Shown one piece after another: positions 16,834-27,317 of a DNA stretch of 32,000 nucleotides (positions within the stretch are counted from its first letter, which is position 1; every line of letters starts with the position of its first letter). The stretch is from the NCBI RefSeq assembly GCF_004376175.1, contig NZ_SNUY01000025.1:1-32000 (forward strand), read 5' to 3'. The stretch comes from Halalkalibacterium halodurans (GTDB lineage Bacteria > Bacillota > Bacilli > Bacillales > Bacillaceae_D). Below the pieces are notes generated by a model. That model was not told where the DNA came from. It made no database searches and was given only the letters and a program-made list of their open reading frames with translations. Both the position numbers and the translations under genes were made by a program.

Positions 16834-16873
16834 GAGTGGCACTCACCGCGACGATGAGTGCCACTCTTTTTTT
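16834..16873 (+). terminator. strong rho-independent terminator (plus strand)
   Basis: Perfect 12-bp stem GAGTGGCACTCA (16834-16845) / TGAGTGCCACTC (16855-16866), 9-nt loop, then TTTTTTT (16867-16873). Confidence 0.8.
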
Positions 16874-16960
16874 AGGTGTTATTTTAGATGGGGTGATTGT
16901 TTTAAAAGCCACTCGCTTGATGCGACTAACAACAGACGATCCATGAATCAACAACAAAAA

Positions 16961-16998
16961 GGTTCGGATCATCAAAATAAAAAAGCCCGAACTTTTTT
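16961..16998. terminator. possible bidirectional terminator downstream of rnc
   Basis: GTTCGG (16962-16967) / CCGAAC (16987-16992), flanked by A-runs and T-runs on both strands. The loop is about 19 nt, so this is weak. Confidence 0.3.
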
Positions 16999-17031
16999 AA
17001 TACGTTTGGCCAGTTTTGCCTGAGCCTCTTG

Positions 17032-17823
17032 TTATTGCTCCTTCTTTTGACTCAATGTAATTAATGCTTGCTGGGCAGCATGTTGCTCGGCCTCTTTCTT
17101 TGAGCGACCTGTACCGATTCCGAGCGTCTCATTGTTCAAAACGACTTCTGAAACAAACTCCCTGTTATGGGCAGGACCCCGCTCTTGGACAATTTCATAG
17201 TGGATGTGACCCAAATTATCTCGCTGTATGAACTCCTGCAGCTGACTTTTAAAATCCATCATATGAGAAAAAGCACCTTCACTAATTTTCGGGTAAATCG
17301 TTCGCTCTAAAAACAAATACACTGCGTCCATTCCTTGGTCTAAATAAAGAGCTCCGACAAACGATTCAAATACGTCAGCCAATAGCGCGGGACGCTTACG
17401 CCCTCCCGTCATTTCTTCCCCTTTCCCAAGTAACACAAGCTCCCCAAAATGGAGCTCCTCTGCCAATTGGGCAAGGGATGGCTCACAGACGATCGAAGCA
17501 CGTAATTTGGTCATATCCCCTTCACTCATCTGTTCAAACGCCTTATAGAGATATTGCGATACCGCCAATTCCAAAACGGCATCTCCGAGAAATTCCAGAC
17601 GTTCGTTATCTTTACATGATTGAATTCGATGCTCATTCACATAGGATGAATGGGTAAATGCTTGAACCAAAAGTTTTTTATTGGCAAACGTTAGATTCAG
17701 CGTGCGGAGGAGCTCATCGAACATTTGCTGCTGTTTTGCTGTGAGCGTTAAACGTTTCGGTTGTCGTCTCCGCTCTGAATGCGAATGATGTCTATGCTTG
17801 CGTTGGTTTTTCGAATGTGGCAT
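17032..17823 (-). CDS. rnc: ribonuclease III
   Basis: [24 protein letters not shown] signature, and a dsRBD (GPAHNREF...[16 protein letters not shown]). The start is placed at ATG 17823 (MPHSKNQ...) after GGAGGT with 5-nt spacing. The 280-aa track ORF has 17 extra residues without an RBS. Confidence 0.93.
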   Translation of the reverse strand: MPHSKNQRKHRHHSHSERRRQPKRLTLTAKQQQMFDELLRTLNLTFANKKLLVQAFTHSSYVNEHRIQSCKDNERLEFLGDAVLELAVSQYLYKAFEQMSEGDMTKLRASIVCEPSLAQLAEELHFGELVLLGKGEEMTGGRKRPALLADVFESFVGALYLDQGMDAVYLFLERTIYPKISEGAFSHMMDFKSQLQEFIQRDNLGHIHYEIVQERGPAHNREFVSEVVLNNETLGIGTGRSKKEAEQHAAQQALITLSQKKEQ

Positions 17824-18083
17824 GTCGACCTCCAAAAACGATAGGACAGTTTTCACGATAAAGTGAAACTCCATTCAGTGAGTTTTTTCAATCACCACTG
17901 AATGTTAGTTAAATCAATCGGTTGTTTCTGTGGCCAGCACGACGCTGTTCACACAGATATTGTCACTCGCTGTGACATTTTAATCCAGTTCTATCCACGT
18001 TTACTTCGTTTTTTTACTGCTTGAAGCCTTAAAATGAAAGTCCTAACGCTAGTTAACGGGATAAAACGAGAAAAGCATGTTGT

Positions 18084-18117
18084 AGAAAAGGAGGTCCCAT
18101 ATAAACACATGGGACCT
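18084..18117 (-). terminator. rho-independent terminator after acpP
   Basis: Minus strand perfect 9-bp stem AGGTCCCAT (18117-18109) / ATGGGACCT (18100-18092), 8-nt loop, then CCTTTTCT. Confidence 0.7.
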
Positions 18118-18124
18118 GTTAAAC

Positions 18125-18358
18125 TTACTGACGGCCTTCTATGTATTCAACCACATCAGCAACCGTCGCAATTTTTTCTGCTTCTTCATCTGAAATTTCA
18201 AGATCGAATTCATCTTCTAGCTCCATTACGAGCTCAACAACATCAAGAGAATCCGCTCCTAAATCATCTTTAAATGAAGCTTCTGGCTTCACTTCCGCCT
18301 CATCAACCCCAAGACGATCAACGACAATTTTAGTGATACGAGATAATGTATCTGCCAT
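18125..18358 (-). CDS. acpP: acyl carrier protein
   Basis: [52 protein letters not shown] with the DSLD phosphopantetheine site, 77 aa. ATG 18358 lies 6 nt after GGAGGTG. The track's GTG at 18367 lies inside the SD. Confidence 0.97.
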   Translation of the reverse strand: MADTLSRITKIVVDRLGVDEAEVKPEASFKDDLGADSLDVVELVMELEDEFDLEISDEEAEKIATVADVVEYIEGRQ

Positions 18359-18441
18359 TATGTTCACCTCCTCTCAAAATGCGCTTCTATAAGCTAGAAG
18401 CATTTTAGCTAAAGTTGAAACATCCTGTCAAGATCCTTTCG

Positions 18442-19182
18442 TTACATGACCATTCCGCCATTTACATGGATCGTCTGTCCTGTTAAGTAAGAAGCATCGT
18501 CGGACGCTAAGAAACGAACCGCTTTTGCCACTTCCTCAGGCTGTCCTAGACGAGCAAGGGGAATTTGCCCTAGCATTTGTGCTTTGACATCTTCCGGCAA
18601 TTCACCGGTCATATCTGTTTCGATAAACCCTGGAGCGACCGCATTTACCGTAATATTACGGTTAGCAAGCTCACGGGCAAGTGTTTTCGTTAAGCCAATG
18701 ACACCTGCTTTGGCCGCAACATAGTTCGCTTGTCCAGCATTCCCAATGGCACCAACAACAGACGATACGTTAATGATTCGCCCAAACCGCTGCTTCATCA
18801 TCGGTCGTGTAACAGCTTTCGAACAGTGGAAAACTCCTTTTAAATTCGTATCGATCACCGCATCCCAATCTTCTTCTTTCATGCGCATAAATAGGTTGTC
18901 TCTTGTAATCCCTGCGTTGTTGACGAGAATATCGACTGCACCGAAAGTATCGATCGTCTCTTTGACCATTGCTTGGACCGACTCACTGTCAGCTACATCG
19001 GCTTGGATCGCAATTGCCTCCACTCCGAGTTCTTTAATCTCAGCAACGACTTTTTCCGCTTTCTCCTTATTCCCTGCATAATTGACCACGACATTCGCTC
19101 CATGACGTGCCAGTTCCATCGCTGTTGCTCGGCCAATTCCGCGAGATGCCCCTGTAACAATCGCTGTTTTTCCTTGTAGCAT
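18442..19182 (-). CDS. fabG: 3-oxoacyl-ACP reductase
   Basis: 246-aa SDR with [12 protein letters not shown] and the YVAAK catalytic motif. Syntenic after fabD. Confidence 0.95.
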   Translation of the reverse strand: MLQGKTAIVTGASRGIGRATAMELARHGANVVVNYAGNKEKAEKVVAEIKELGVEAIAIQADVADSESVQAMVKETIDTFGAVDILVNNAGITRDNLFMRMKEEDWDAVIDTNLKGVFHCSKAVTRPMMKQRFGRIINVSSVVGAIGNAGQANYVAAKAGVIGLTKTLARELANRNITVNAVAPGFIETDMTGELPEDVKAQMLGQIPLARLGQPEEVAKAVRFLASDDASYLTGQTIHVNGGMVM

Positions 19183-19185
19183 CGC

Positions 19186-20127
19186 TTATGCCTCCTGTTC
19201 CAATTTTTTTACCATCGCTTCAATGCTTGCCCGATCACTCACAGAAAAAACATTAACCCGGCGCTGTACTTTGCGGACGAGGCCTGAGAGCACATTTCCT
19301 GATCCGATTTCCACGAACGTATCCACTCCGAGCTCAAGCATGCGACGAACAGTGTCCTCCCAACGAACTGGAGAGTACACTTGCTCAATGAGAGATGAGC
19401 GAATGTCAGCGGCTTTTTGAACGAGATCTGCTGTCACATTGGCAATAACAGGTGGAGCGGCATCAGCGATTGCCAAATCGGCTAACACGGCTTCAAGCTT
19501 TTCGGCAGCCGGTTTCATAAGCGATGAATGAAACGGTCCGCTCACTTGCAATGGGATCACTCGCTTCGCCCCTGCTTCCTTTGATTCCTCTGATGCTTGT
19601 TCGACACCCTCAGCAGAACCTGAGATGACAATTTGTCCAGGACAGTTTAAGTTTGCAAGTTCAACGACAGCCCCTGCTTCTGTTACGCGCTTCGTTACTT
19701 GTTCTAATTCGTCCCGCTCCATGCCAAGGATGGCAGCCATTGCTCCTTCGCCGAATGGTACCGCTTCTTCCATAAACAATCCACGGTGATGAACAGCGTA
19801 CACAGCATCGGCAAACGTTAAAGAGCCTGAAGCCACAAGGGCACTGTACTCCCCTAGACTATGACCGGCTGTATAATCAGGTTTGATTCCATATTCACGC
19901 ACGAGCGATAAAACGGCCGTGCTCATCGTCAACAAGGCCGGTTGCGTATTTTCCGTCCGGCGCAATTTTTCTTCTGGCCCTTCAAACATAATGCTTGAAA
20001 GGGAATAGCCGAGTCTTTCATCCGCCTCGTCAAAAATCTCTTTTGCTTTTTCCTCTGAAAGTAATTCGCTCCCCATGCCGACAGACTGTGAGCCTTGACC
20101 TGGGAATAGAAATGCTACTTTTGCCAT
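19186..20127 (-). CDS. fabD: malonyl CoA-ACP transacylase
   Basis: MAKVAFLFPGQGSQ and the GHSLGEYSAL active site. ATG 20127 lies 4 nt after the plsX stop. The track ORF to 20172 overlaps plsX. Confidence 0.95.
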   Translation of the reverse strand: MAKVAFLFPGQGSQSVGMGSELLSEEKAKEIFDEADERLGYSLSSIMFEGPEEKLRRTENTQPALLTMSTAVLSLVREYGIKPDYTAGHSLGEYSALVASGSLTFADAVYAVHHRGLFMEEAVPFGEGAMAAILGMERDELEQVTKRVTEAGAVVELANLNCPGQIVISGSAEGVEQASEESKEAGAKRVIPLQVSGPFHSSLMKPAAEKLEAVLADLAIADAAPPVIANVTADLVQKAADIRSSLIEQVYSPVRWEDTVRRMLELGVDTFVEIGSGNVLSGLVRKVQRRVNVFSVSDRASIEAMVKKLEQEA

Positions 20128-20131
20128 CGTC

Positions 20132-21145
20132 TCACTCTCCCTTTTCTTCGCTACCTTTTGTCGCCTTGGCAACTTCTGTTTTTATGATCGTCGTCACTTG
20201 CTGATTGACCATTTCGTACGCCTGGGCAATCGTATGATAAACGGAGGATGCCACAGATGAACCATGCGCTTTTATGACTGGCGCCTTCAAACCGAACAAC
20301 GAAGCCCCACCATATTCGGAGTAGCTCATGACTTGTTTGATCTCTTTAAATCGGCCTTTTAATAGAGCGACAGCCAATTTGCTTATAAACGTTTTCGTTA
20401 GTTCTCTCTTCAACAAAGAAAACATTGATCCTGCTATGCCTTCCACACTTTTTAACACCAAATTCCCTGAAAAACCGTCGCAAACGACAACATCGCAAGC
20501 CCCGTTCAACAATTCTCGCGCTTCCACGTTACCGATAAAATGAAAAGGTCCCGCCTCGAGTAGAGGAAATGCTGCCTTCGTTAATTCATTCCCTTTTCCA
20601 GCTTCCGTGCCGACATTTAACAGACCAACTCTCGGCTGCTTGATGCCCCGCACCATTTCCATATATGTATTACCCATGATCGCATATTGTAACAAATGCT
20701 CCGGCTTTCCATCCATATTCGCTCCTACATCGAGAAGAAGGAACCCTTTCTCATCGAGGGTAGGTAACATAGGGGCTAAGGCTGGCCGGTCAATCCCTTG
20801 GATTCTGCCTACATACAAGAGGCCTGCTGTCATAAGCGCTCCTGTATTCCCAGAGGAAATGACAGCATCTGCCCGCCCCTCTTTTACTTCTCGAACGGCT
20901 AACACCATAGACGAATCCTTTTTACGACGCACTGCTGTTGTCGGTTGATCAGTGTCTTCAATTTTCTCCGTCGTATGTAAGATCGGTAACCTCGGATCAT
21001 TAGCAGGAAGCAAAGGACGGATCTCCTCTTCATTCCCGACAAGTGTTATCGTTAAGTCAGGGAATGCTTTCACCGCTTTTATCGCCGCCTCCACATGTGC
21101 TTCTGGGGCGTGATCTCCACCCATAACGTCTAAGGCTATTTTCAT
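20132..21145 (-). CDS. plsX: phosphate acyltransferase PlsX
   Basis: [15 protein letters not shown]-terminus, 337 aa. Syntenic after fapR. Confidence 0.95.
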   Translation of the reverse strand: MKIALDVMGGDHAPEAHVEAAIKAVKAFPDLTITLVGNEEEIRPLLPANDPRLPILHTTEKIEDTDQPTTAVRRKKDSSMVLAVREVKEGRADAVISSGNTGALMTAGLLYVGRIQGIDRPALAPMLPTLDEKGFLLLDVGANMDGKPEHLLQYAIMGNTYMEMVRGIKQPRVGLLNVGTEAGKGNELTKAAFPLLEAGPFHFIGNVEARELLNGACDVVVCDGFSGNLVLKSVEGIAGSMFSLLKRELTKTFISKLAVALLKGRFKEIKQVMSYSEYGGASLFGLKAPVIKAHGSSVASSVYHTIAQAYEMVNQQVTTIIKTEVAKATKGSEEKGE

Positions 21146-21160
21146 CTGAACCTCTCCATT

Positions 21161-21715
21161 CTATTGAGCAGAACGGTACATCAGGAAATCTCCTGAAAAT
21201 ACGAGCTCCTGCCCCACAAAGCTGTTAACAACCACTAAGGTTCGATCCCGCTCTACTTTTTGCACTTCTGCTTTTGCAACCACACGCTCACCAGCTTTTA
21301 CTTGCCGAGTGAAGCGAATTGTCGCTTTTGCCGTTAACGCTAGATCATCATCAATGATGGCGACCGCAAGAGAGTTTGCCTGGGCAAACAAATAATGACC
21401 TCTCGCAATTCCAGTACGTGAAAAAACATGCTCCTTTTTCACATCCAGGATGGAAATCGCTCGCTCGTCTAACTGCAAATCCACGATTTCACCAAATACT
21501 TCTTCCATCGGAAGGGCTTTGACTTCATCCAGCTGTTTTTGCGCAACATCTTTAATGCGCTCTCTTAACTCTGGGATCGAGAGTTCCATGCGATCAAGGC
21601 GAATCGTCTGGATGCTGACACCAAACCGATCCGCCAGCGCCTCATCCGTAATAAACGGATTAGCATCGATCGTTTCTTTCAAATGACGTTGCCTATCTTG
21701 TTTTTTTCGTTTCAT
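21161..21715 (-). CDS. fapR: fatty acid/phospholipid biosynthesis transcription factor FapR
   Basis: 184 aa with an N-terminal HTH ([27 protein letters not shown]) and a C-terminal hot-dog/thioesterase-like fold. Located upstream of plsX. Confidence 0.9.
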   Translation of the reverse strand: MKRKKQDRQRHLKETIDANPFITDEALADRFGVSIQTIRLDRMELSIPELRERIKDVAQKQLDEVKALPMEEVFGEIVDLQLDERAISILDVKKEHVFSRTGIARGHYLFAQANSLAVAIIDDDLALTAKATIRFTRQVKAGERVVAKAEVQKVERDRTLVVVNSFVGQELVFSGDFLMYRSAQ

Positions 21716-21805
21716 GTGCTACCGACCACCGTATCACACTTGAATTATTTTCATCATTATGATCAGTCCTTATACGAACGTCAACCAGTTTCTCCCAATC
21801 TAAAC

Positions 21806-21826
21806 ATATGACTAGGTACTAAGAGT
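21806..21826 (-). promoter_or_regulatory. probable FapR operator overlapping the fapR transcription start
   Basis: The minus strand reads CTTAGTACCTAGTCATATG immediately downstream of the -10 box. TTAGTACC(T)AGT is the motif I recall from FapR operators of B. subtilis and S. aureus fapR promoters (from memory). Confidence 0.5.
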
Positions 21827-21855
21827 AGTATATAATTAAGCCTTGTTTTTTTCAA
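21827..21855 (-). promoter_or_regulatory. sigma-A-type promoter of fapR-plsX-fabD-fabG
   Basis: Minus strand TTGAAA (21855-21850), 17-nt spacer, TATACT (21832-21827). Confidence 0.55.
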
Positions 21856-21861
21856 CAAGTT

Positions 21862-23910
21862 TTAGTCAAGCTTCTCTCCATCCAAAACACCCTCGGCCTG
21901 CAAATAGGTGACAAGCTCACGGTATTTCGGATCTGACCAAAAAGTTTTACTGTTCACAAGTGTAGCTGCATCTTGTCTAGCCGTTTCGAGTGCTCGGTAA
22001 TCATGAACCACATCCGCCACTTTAAAATCAGGTAGCCCGCTCTGCTTTGCGCCAAAAAAGTCTCCAGGTCCCCTAAGCTCTAAATCTCTTTCCGAAAGGG
22101 TGAAGCCATCATTCGTTTCTGTCATGATGCGCATTCGTTCTTTCCCAACCTCCGATTTAGGATCAGCAAGCAAAATGCAATACGACTGATGCTCCCCTCG
22201 TCCGACTCTGCCTCTTAATTGGTGTAGCTGGGCTAATCCGAATCGTTCCGCATCATAAATGACCATGATCGTTGCATTTGGAACGTTCACCCCAACTTCT
22301 ACGACCGTAGTGGATACGAGAATGTGAATCTTGTTTTCACTAAATGCGGTCATCACCGTATCCTTTTCCGATGGATGAAGTCGCCCGTGCATTAAGCCTA
22401 CTTGGAACCTCGGTTCAAAATGCTGTTGCAAAATAGAGTGAACGTCAATCGCATTTTGTACGTCAAGCTTTTCTGACTCTTCAATTAGTGGGCAAATGAC
22501 ATACGCTTGTCGACCCTTCGCCAGCTCTTTTTCCATAAAGTCAAGAACCCTTGTCAGCATATCGTGCTTCGCCCAATACGTTTCGATCTCCTTACGTCCA
22601 GCCGGCATTTGATTGATGATCGACACATCCATATCACCAAACGCCGAAATGGCCAACGTTCGAGGAATAGGCGTTGCCGTCATGAATAAGACGTCAGGGT
22701 AGGCTCCTTTATCGCGCAACGCCCGCCGTTGCTCGACACCAAATCGGTGCTGTTCATCTGTGATAACAAGGCCGAGATCATGAAAGGCCACATCGTCTTG
22801 AATTAAGGCGTGGGTGCCGATGACGACGTCCACATCACCTGCCTTAACCGCCGTTACCGCTGCTTGTCTGCGTTTTCCTTTCACAGAACCGGTCAAAAGG
22901 GCCAAACGAACACCGCTCGGCGCAAACAATCGTTCTAGCGATTGAGCATGCTGTTCCGCTAAAATTTCAGTCGGAACCATCAGTGCCGCTTGCTTTCCGG
23001 CCGTGACTGCAGCGAACATGCAAATGGCAGCGACGACCGTTTTCCCTGAGCCTACATCACCTTGTAGCAAACGATTCATCCGATAAGGGGAGCTCATATC
23101 CGTGAGAATTTCACCTGCGACTTTTTCTTGCGCTTCTGTAAGCGAAAAAGGAAGAGCTGCAATAAATTGATCCACCTTTTGCTCGTTCACCTTCACAGCT
23201 CGACCATTCGATTGCTCTCGGTTCACTTTGCGAAACGCCTGCATCTTGAGCTGGAAGAAAAGAAATTCTTCATATACCATCCGTCTCCGTGCTTGTTTTA
23301 GTGCTTCCCGATCGGACGGCATGTGCAAATGGACAACGGCTTCTCGCTTTGACACAAGTTTGTACCGTTCCCTTATCTCAGGTGGGAGCGGGTCGGTGAT
23401 TTGCTCTCCAAACTGACGTAACGCTACGTGTATATACTTTTTCAATGTTTTACTTGTCAGCTTTCCAGATACTGAGTAAATGGGCTCAACGGTTGCTCTT
23501 TCCGTATGGTTTCCTTGTTTAACTTCATTGACCGTTAATGTGAGTCGATGTTGATCCCATTTCCCGGTCAACGTCACTTCCTGGCCGACCTTAAGCTGCT
23601 GCTTTAAAAATGCTCGGTTAAAAAACACGGCCGTTAAAAGCACATGACCGACAAGTACGCGAACCGACATCCGATTTTTCTTTTTTCCGTAATAGCGGAC
23701 AGTTGGCTCACTTTGCACGGTGCCGACAACTGTTGCCCGTTCGTCATGCTTAATCTCTTCAATCGGACGGACTTGATAGTCTTCATAACGAAAAGGAAAG
23801 TGCTCAAGCAAATCAAAAACAGAGTATAGCTGTAAGGAGGCCAACTGTTTGGCTGTTTCATCCCCGATCCCCCTTACTTCCATAACCGGTAAACTCCTCA
23901 ACTGATTCAT
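21862..23910 (-). CDS. recG: ATP-dependent DNA helicase RecG
   Basis: 682 aa with a wedge domain and SF2 helicase motifs (GDVGSGKT, DEQHRFG, TATPIPRT, QLRGRVGRG). ATGA overlap with the sdaAA stop. Confidence 0.95.
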   Translation of the reverse strand: MNQLRSLPVMEVRGIGDETAKQLASLQLYSVFDLLEHFPFRYEDYQVRPIEEIKHDERATVVGTVQSEPTVRYYGKKKNRMSVRVLVGHVLLTAVFFNRAFLKQQLKVGQEVTLTGKWDQHRLTLTVNEVKQGNHTERATVEPIYSVSGKLTSKTLKKYIHVALRQFGEQITDPLPPEIRERYKLVSKREAVVHLHMPSDREALKQARRRMVYEEFLFFQLKMQAFRKVNREQSNGRAVKVNEQKVDQFIAALPFSLTEAQEKVAGEILTDMSSPYRMNRLLQGDVGSGKTVVAAICMFAAVTAGKQAALMVPTEILAEQHAQSLERLFAPSGVRLALLTGSVKGKRRQAAVTAVKAGDVDVVIGTHALIQDDVAFHDLGLVITDEQHRFGVEQRRALRDKGAYPDVLFMTATPIPRTLAISAFGDMDVSIINQMPAGRKEIETYWAKHDMLTRVLDFMEKELAKGRQAYVICPLIEESEKLDVQNAIDVHSILQQHFEPRFQVGLMHGRLHPSEKDTVMTAFSENKIHILVSTTVVEVGVNVPNATIMVIYDAERFGLAQLHQLRGRVGRGEHQSYCILLADPKSEVGKERMRIMTETNDGFTLSERDLELRGPGDFFGAKQSGLPDFKVADVVHDYRALETARQDAATLVNSKTFWSDPKYRELVTYLQAEGVLDGEKLD

Positions 23911-24794
23911 TTTTTATCGAGGGCCACTCCGAAAATTTTCGCCTCTAGCTCGCGACCCTTCGGAGTTGCCGCCAACCCTCCCTGTGCCGTTTCTTTATAT
24001 GCTACAGGCATCGCCTGACCGATTTTATACATCGCATCAATCACTTCGTCGGTTGGAATCCTGCTCTGAATTCCAGCAAGCGCCATGTCCGCAGCCGTAA
24101 TCGCAATGGAGGCGCCAATTGCATTACGTTTCACACATGGGACTTCCACAAGTCCGGCCACAGGATCACAGACAAGGCCTAACATATTTTTCAACGCAAT
24201 CGCCATCGCTTCCGCCGATTGACTTGGCGTTCCCCCTGCAAGCTCTACAAGGGCGGCCGCAGCCATACCTGTCGCAGATCCAACCTCAGCTTGACAGCCA
24301 CCAGCAGCACCTGAAATCGACGCATTGTTGGCAACGACAAAGCCAAAGGCGCCTGACGTAAATAAAAAGCGAACTTTTTGTTCTTTCGTAGGAGATAACC
24401 GTTTTTCCATGCCAAACAGGACACCTGGTACAACGCCGGACGCCCCAGCTGTTGGCGTCGCACAGATCGTACCCATCGCTGCATTTACTTCATTTGTCGC
24501 CACCGCTTTGCTGACAGCATCAAGAACCGTTTCACTCGATAAATAGTTCCCCTTCTCTAGATAATCTTGCAGCAGTACCGCATCGCCCCCTGTCAAACCA
24601 GAAACCGAGCGCACTTGCTCCGTAATCCCTCGTCTTACGGCCTTTTCCATCACGTCTAAGTGATTTTCCATCTGTTCGATAATCGCTTCACGCGATCGCT
24701 CGGTCACTTCGATTTCCTGTCGAATCATAACCTCGGAAATGGGAATCGCTTGTGATTCTGCTAGCTCCACAAGTTCAGCTACATTGCGAAACAT
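23907..24794 (-). CDS. sdaAA: L-serine dehydratase, iron-sulfur-dependent, alpha subunit
   Basis: 295 aa, typical SdaAA sequence (GTICATPTAGASGVVPG, GGCQAEVGSA). Confidence 0.93.
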   Translation of the reverse strand: MFRNVAELVELAESQAIPISEVMIRQEIEVTERSREAIIEQMENHLDVMEKAVRRGITEQVRSVSGLTGGDAVLLQDYLEKGNYLSSETVLDAVSKAVATNEVNAAMGTICATPTAGASGVVPGVLFGMEKRLSPTKEQKVRFLFTSGAFGFVVANNASISGAAGGCQAEVGSATGMAAAALVELAGGTPSQSAEAMAIALKNMLGLVCDPVAGLVEVPCVKRNAIGASIAITAADMALAGIQSRIPTDEVIDAMYKIGQAMPVAYKETAQGGLAATPKGRELEAKIFGVALDKK

Positions 24795-24862
24795 TCACGT
24801 ACCTCCTTCGTATCGTTGTTTGATCCATATGCGTACTCTTCCATATTACAGGATAGCTAAGG

Positions 24863-25525
24863 TTAATCGTGGATTTTCGTGACCGTCACGATGTTAGGTA
24901 ATCGTTCTAGCTCTTGTAGCAAAAGATCGTCCACATTTTGATCCACTTCGATGACCATTAGCGCTTCTTTTCCTTTCTCTTTACGGGAGACTTCCATATG
25001 ACCAATGTTAATTTCATGCTTTGCTAACATATTTGAAACGCTTGCAATTACGCCAAAACGGTCGGTATGGACAACGAGAATCGCTGGATGGTTTCCCGAT
25101 AGCTTCAAGTGAAAACCGTTTAACTCAACGATCTCAATCTTCCCACCGCCGATGGAAACACCGACCACTTCTAATTGATCCTCTCCCTTTTGTAGCACAA
25201 CTTTCGCCGTATTCGGATGGTCTGTGATCGCTTCTTCTTCGTGAAAGTACACGCGGACTCCCTTTTCTTTCGCTAACTGTAGTGAGCGGGGAATCCGTGG
25301 ATCAAACGTATCAAAATCGAGAATTCCCCCTACGATTGCCACGTCTGTTCCGTGTCCCTTATATGTTTCTGCAAACGAACCGTAAAAATATATGTCACAA
25401 CGCTCCGGCTGTTGTCTAAACAGTGTTCGTGCCACTCGTCCAATCCTGGCAGCGCCAGCTGTATGAGAACTGGATGGCCCAATCATAACGGGCCCGATAA
25501 TATCAAAAACGGTACGGTACTTCAT
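24863..25525 (-). CDS. sdaAB: L-serine dehydratase, iron-sulfur-dependent, beta subunit
   Basis: 220 aa, MKYRTVFDIIGPVMIGPSSSHTAGA, with a C-terminal ACT-like domain. Confidence 0.93.
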   Translation of the reverse strand: MKYRTVFDIIGPVMIGPSSSHTAGAARIGRVARTLFRQQPERCDIYFYGSFAETYKGHGTDVAIVGGILDFDTFDPRIPRSLQLAKEKGVRVYFHEEEAITDHPNTAKVVLQKGEDQLEVVGVSIGGGKIEIVELNGFHLKLSGNHPAILVVHTDRFGVIASVSNMLAKHEINIGHMEVSRKEKGKEALMVIEVDQNVDDLLLQELERLPNIVTVTKIHD

Positions 25526-25571
25526 GGGCTGTGCCTCCCTTTCAACCTTTTTCGTTCACTACATGGATTAA

Positions 25572-25602
25572 CCCCCTACAAAGATTTTGCTTTCGTAGGG
25601 GG
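25572..25602 (-). terminator. GC-rich hairpin between yloV and sdaAB (weak terminator or processing site)
   Basis: CCCCCTAC (25572-25579) / GTAGGGGG (25595-25602), with additional inner pairing CAAAG/CTTTG-like. Only a short T tail (TT) follows on the minus strand. Confidence 0.35.
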
Positions 25603-25622
25603 CCCTCCTGCTCATTGATAGT

Positions 25623-27296
25623 TTATTCAACAGCAAACAAGTAAGCATACAGCGGTTGATCACCAATTTGTTCATCTACTTCAACTTCTGGATAAGATTG
25701 TTCAATAAATTGAATAAGTTCTTCCGTCTGTTCATTCGTCGCATCTGCACCTTGAATGACCGTGACAATTTCGCTGTCCTCATCTATCATTTGCTCAAGC
25801 AAACGTTTCGTTACATCAAGCATGTCTTCACCTGAGGTCACAATTTCTTTTTCAAGAATGCCCATAAAGTGACCTTTTTTAATTTCGAGCCCCTCGATGG
25901 ACGTATCGCGAACAGCGTACGTCACTTGGCCAGATTTGACATGGGCCATCGTCTCCGCCATCACATTAGCATTTTTCTCTAAGCTTGACGACGGGTTAAA
26001 CGAAAGAAGTGCTGCAAGACCTTGAGGAACGGTTTTTGATGGCACGACTTTAACGTTCACATCTGCCACATCTGCCGCTTGCTGTGCTGCTAAAATAATA
26101 TTTCCGTTATTCGGAAGGACGAGCACGTTTTTCGCATGAACTTCCTCAATCGCTTTGACGATGTCTTCAGTACTTGGGTTCATCGTCTGTCCTCCTGGAA
26201 TGACAACGCCTGCTCCTAAGCTTTGGAACAGCTTAGCAATTCCATCCCCCATTGACACGGTCACGATTCCTAGCTCGCTAAGAGGCTTTTTTTCTTGGTC
26301 TGGGAATGCCTGCTTTGATTCCTCAAGTAGATGCGTGTGCTGCTCTCTCATATTCTCGATTTTCGTATGAATCAGGCTACCGTATCGCTGAGCACGAGTT
26401 AATACTTCACCAGGGAACTCGGCATGAATATGTACTTTTAACAAATCCTCGTCACTAACGACAAGCAATGAATCTCCCCACTCACTTAACTCGTCGCGAA
26501 ACGCTGGCTCATCAAACGGGTAGGTGGACAACTTATCCGATTCAAAACGAACCATAACTTCCGTACAGTAACCGAATTCAATATCTTCTGTTGCCAAATG
26601 GCTCTGCGCGTTTTGATGGTGCTCCACTTTAATAAGGTTGTCCATTGATGGAACCACATGAATTCCTTCTTTCAATGGTTCCCCTTTTACAGCCGCTAAA
26701 AATCCTTCATAAATGTAGACAAGACCTTGTCCACCTGAATCAACGACGCCTACTTCTTTTAAAACAGGGAGCAGATCAGGGGTTCGCTGCAACGATTGCT
26801 TTGCTTCTGTCACGATGATTTCTATCAAGGACACTAAATCATCGGTATGTTTAACCGCTTTTTTCGCCGCATTTGCACTATCCTTTGCAACAGTGAGAAT
26901 CGTTCCTTCAACGGGCTTCATCACCGCTTTATACGCCGTTTCCACTCCTTGTGTTAACGCTTCAGCAAAATCAAGAGCGGTGAATGCTCTTCTTCCTTCT
27001 ACGCTCTTTGAAAAACCACGGAAAAGCTGAGATAAAATAACACCAGAATTTCCGCGTGCTCCCATGAGTAAACCTTTCGCAAAGGCAGCCGCTAATTCAC
27101 CGGCATGATCTCCGTGAAACTTTTTCACTTCTTGTGCGCCTGAAGTGATGGTTAAATTCATATTCGTCCCTGTGTCGCCATCTGGCACAGGGAAAACATT
27201 TAATGCGTCAACAACCTTTGCATGTTGTGATAAATTATTGGCGCCTGCAATGAAAAGGTGTGCTAATGTTTTTCCATCCATCTCTTTTACTGCCAC
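25623..27296 (-). CDS. yloV: DAK2-domain protein YloV (homologue of fatty acid kinase subunit FakA)
   Basis: 557 aa, NVFPVPDGDTGTNMNLT and GARGNSGVILSQLFRGF (Dak2 domain). GTG start at 27296, 4 nt after AGGAGG. Syntenic after yloU. Confidence 0.9.
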   Translation of the reverse strand: MAVKEMDGKTLAHLFIAGANNLSQHAKVVDALNVFPVPDGDTGTNMNLTITSGAQEVKKFHGDHAGELAAAFAKGLLMGARGNSGVILSQLFRGFSKSVEGRRAFTALDFAEALTQGVETAYKAVMKPVEGTILTVAKDSANAAKKAVKHTDDLVSLIEIIVTEAKQSLQRTPDLLPVLKEVGVVDSGGQGLVYIYEGFLAAVKGEPLKEGIHVVPSMDNLIKVEHHQNAQSHLATEDIEFGYCTEVMVRFESDKLSTYPFDEPAFRDELSEWGDSLLVVSDEDLLKVHIHAEFPGEVLTRAQRYGSLIHTKIENMREQHTHLLEESKQAFPDQEKKPLSELGIVTVSMGDGIAKLFQSLGAGVVIPGGQTMNPSTEDIVKAIEEVHAKNVLVLPNNGNIILAAQQAADVADVNVKVVPSKTVPQGLAALLSFNPSSSLEKNANVMAETMAHVKSGQVTYAVRDTSIEGLEIKKGHFMGILEKEIVTSGEDMLDVTKRLLEQMIDEDSEIVTVIQGADATNEQTEELIQFIEQSYPEVEVDEQIGDQPLYAYLFAVE

Positions 27297-27317
27297 AAAC
27301 GTTTCCTCCTAACACAC

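Noticed and set aside
16781-17023. 80-aa plus-strand ORF between the DUF1128 gene and rnc.
   Set aside because: It reads straight through the perfect 12-bp intrinsic terminator and its T-run and has no SD. The region is better explained as non-coding.
17824-17874. N-terminal extensions in the ORF track for rnc, fabD (to 20172), rsgA (to 30362), rimM (to 8813), acpP (to 18367), rpmB (from 27945) and ylqH (to 986).
   Set aside because: In each case an internal start codon with a properly spaced SD reproduces the conserved N-terminus. The extension either overlaps the upstream gene or lies on the SD itself.
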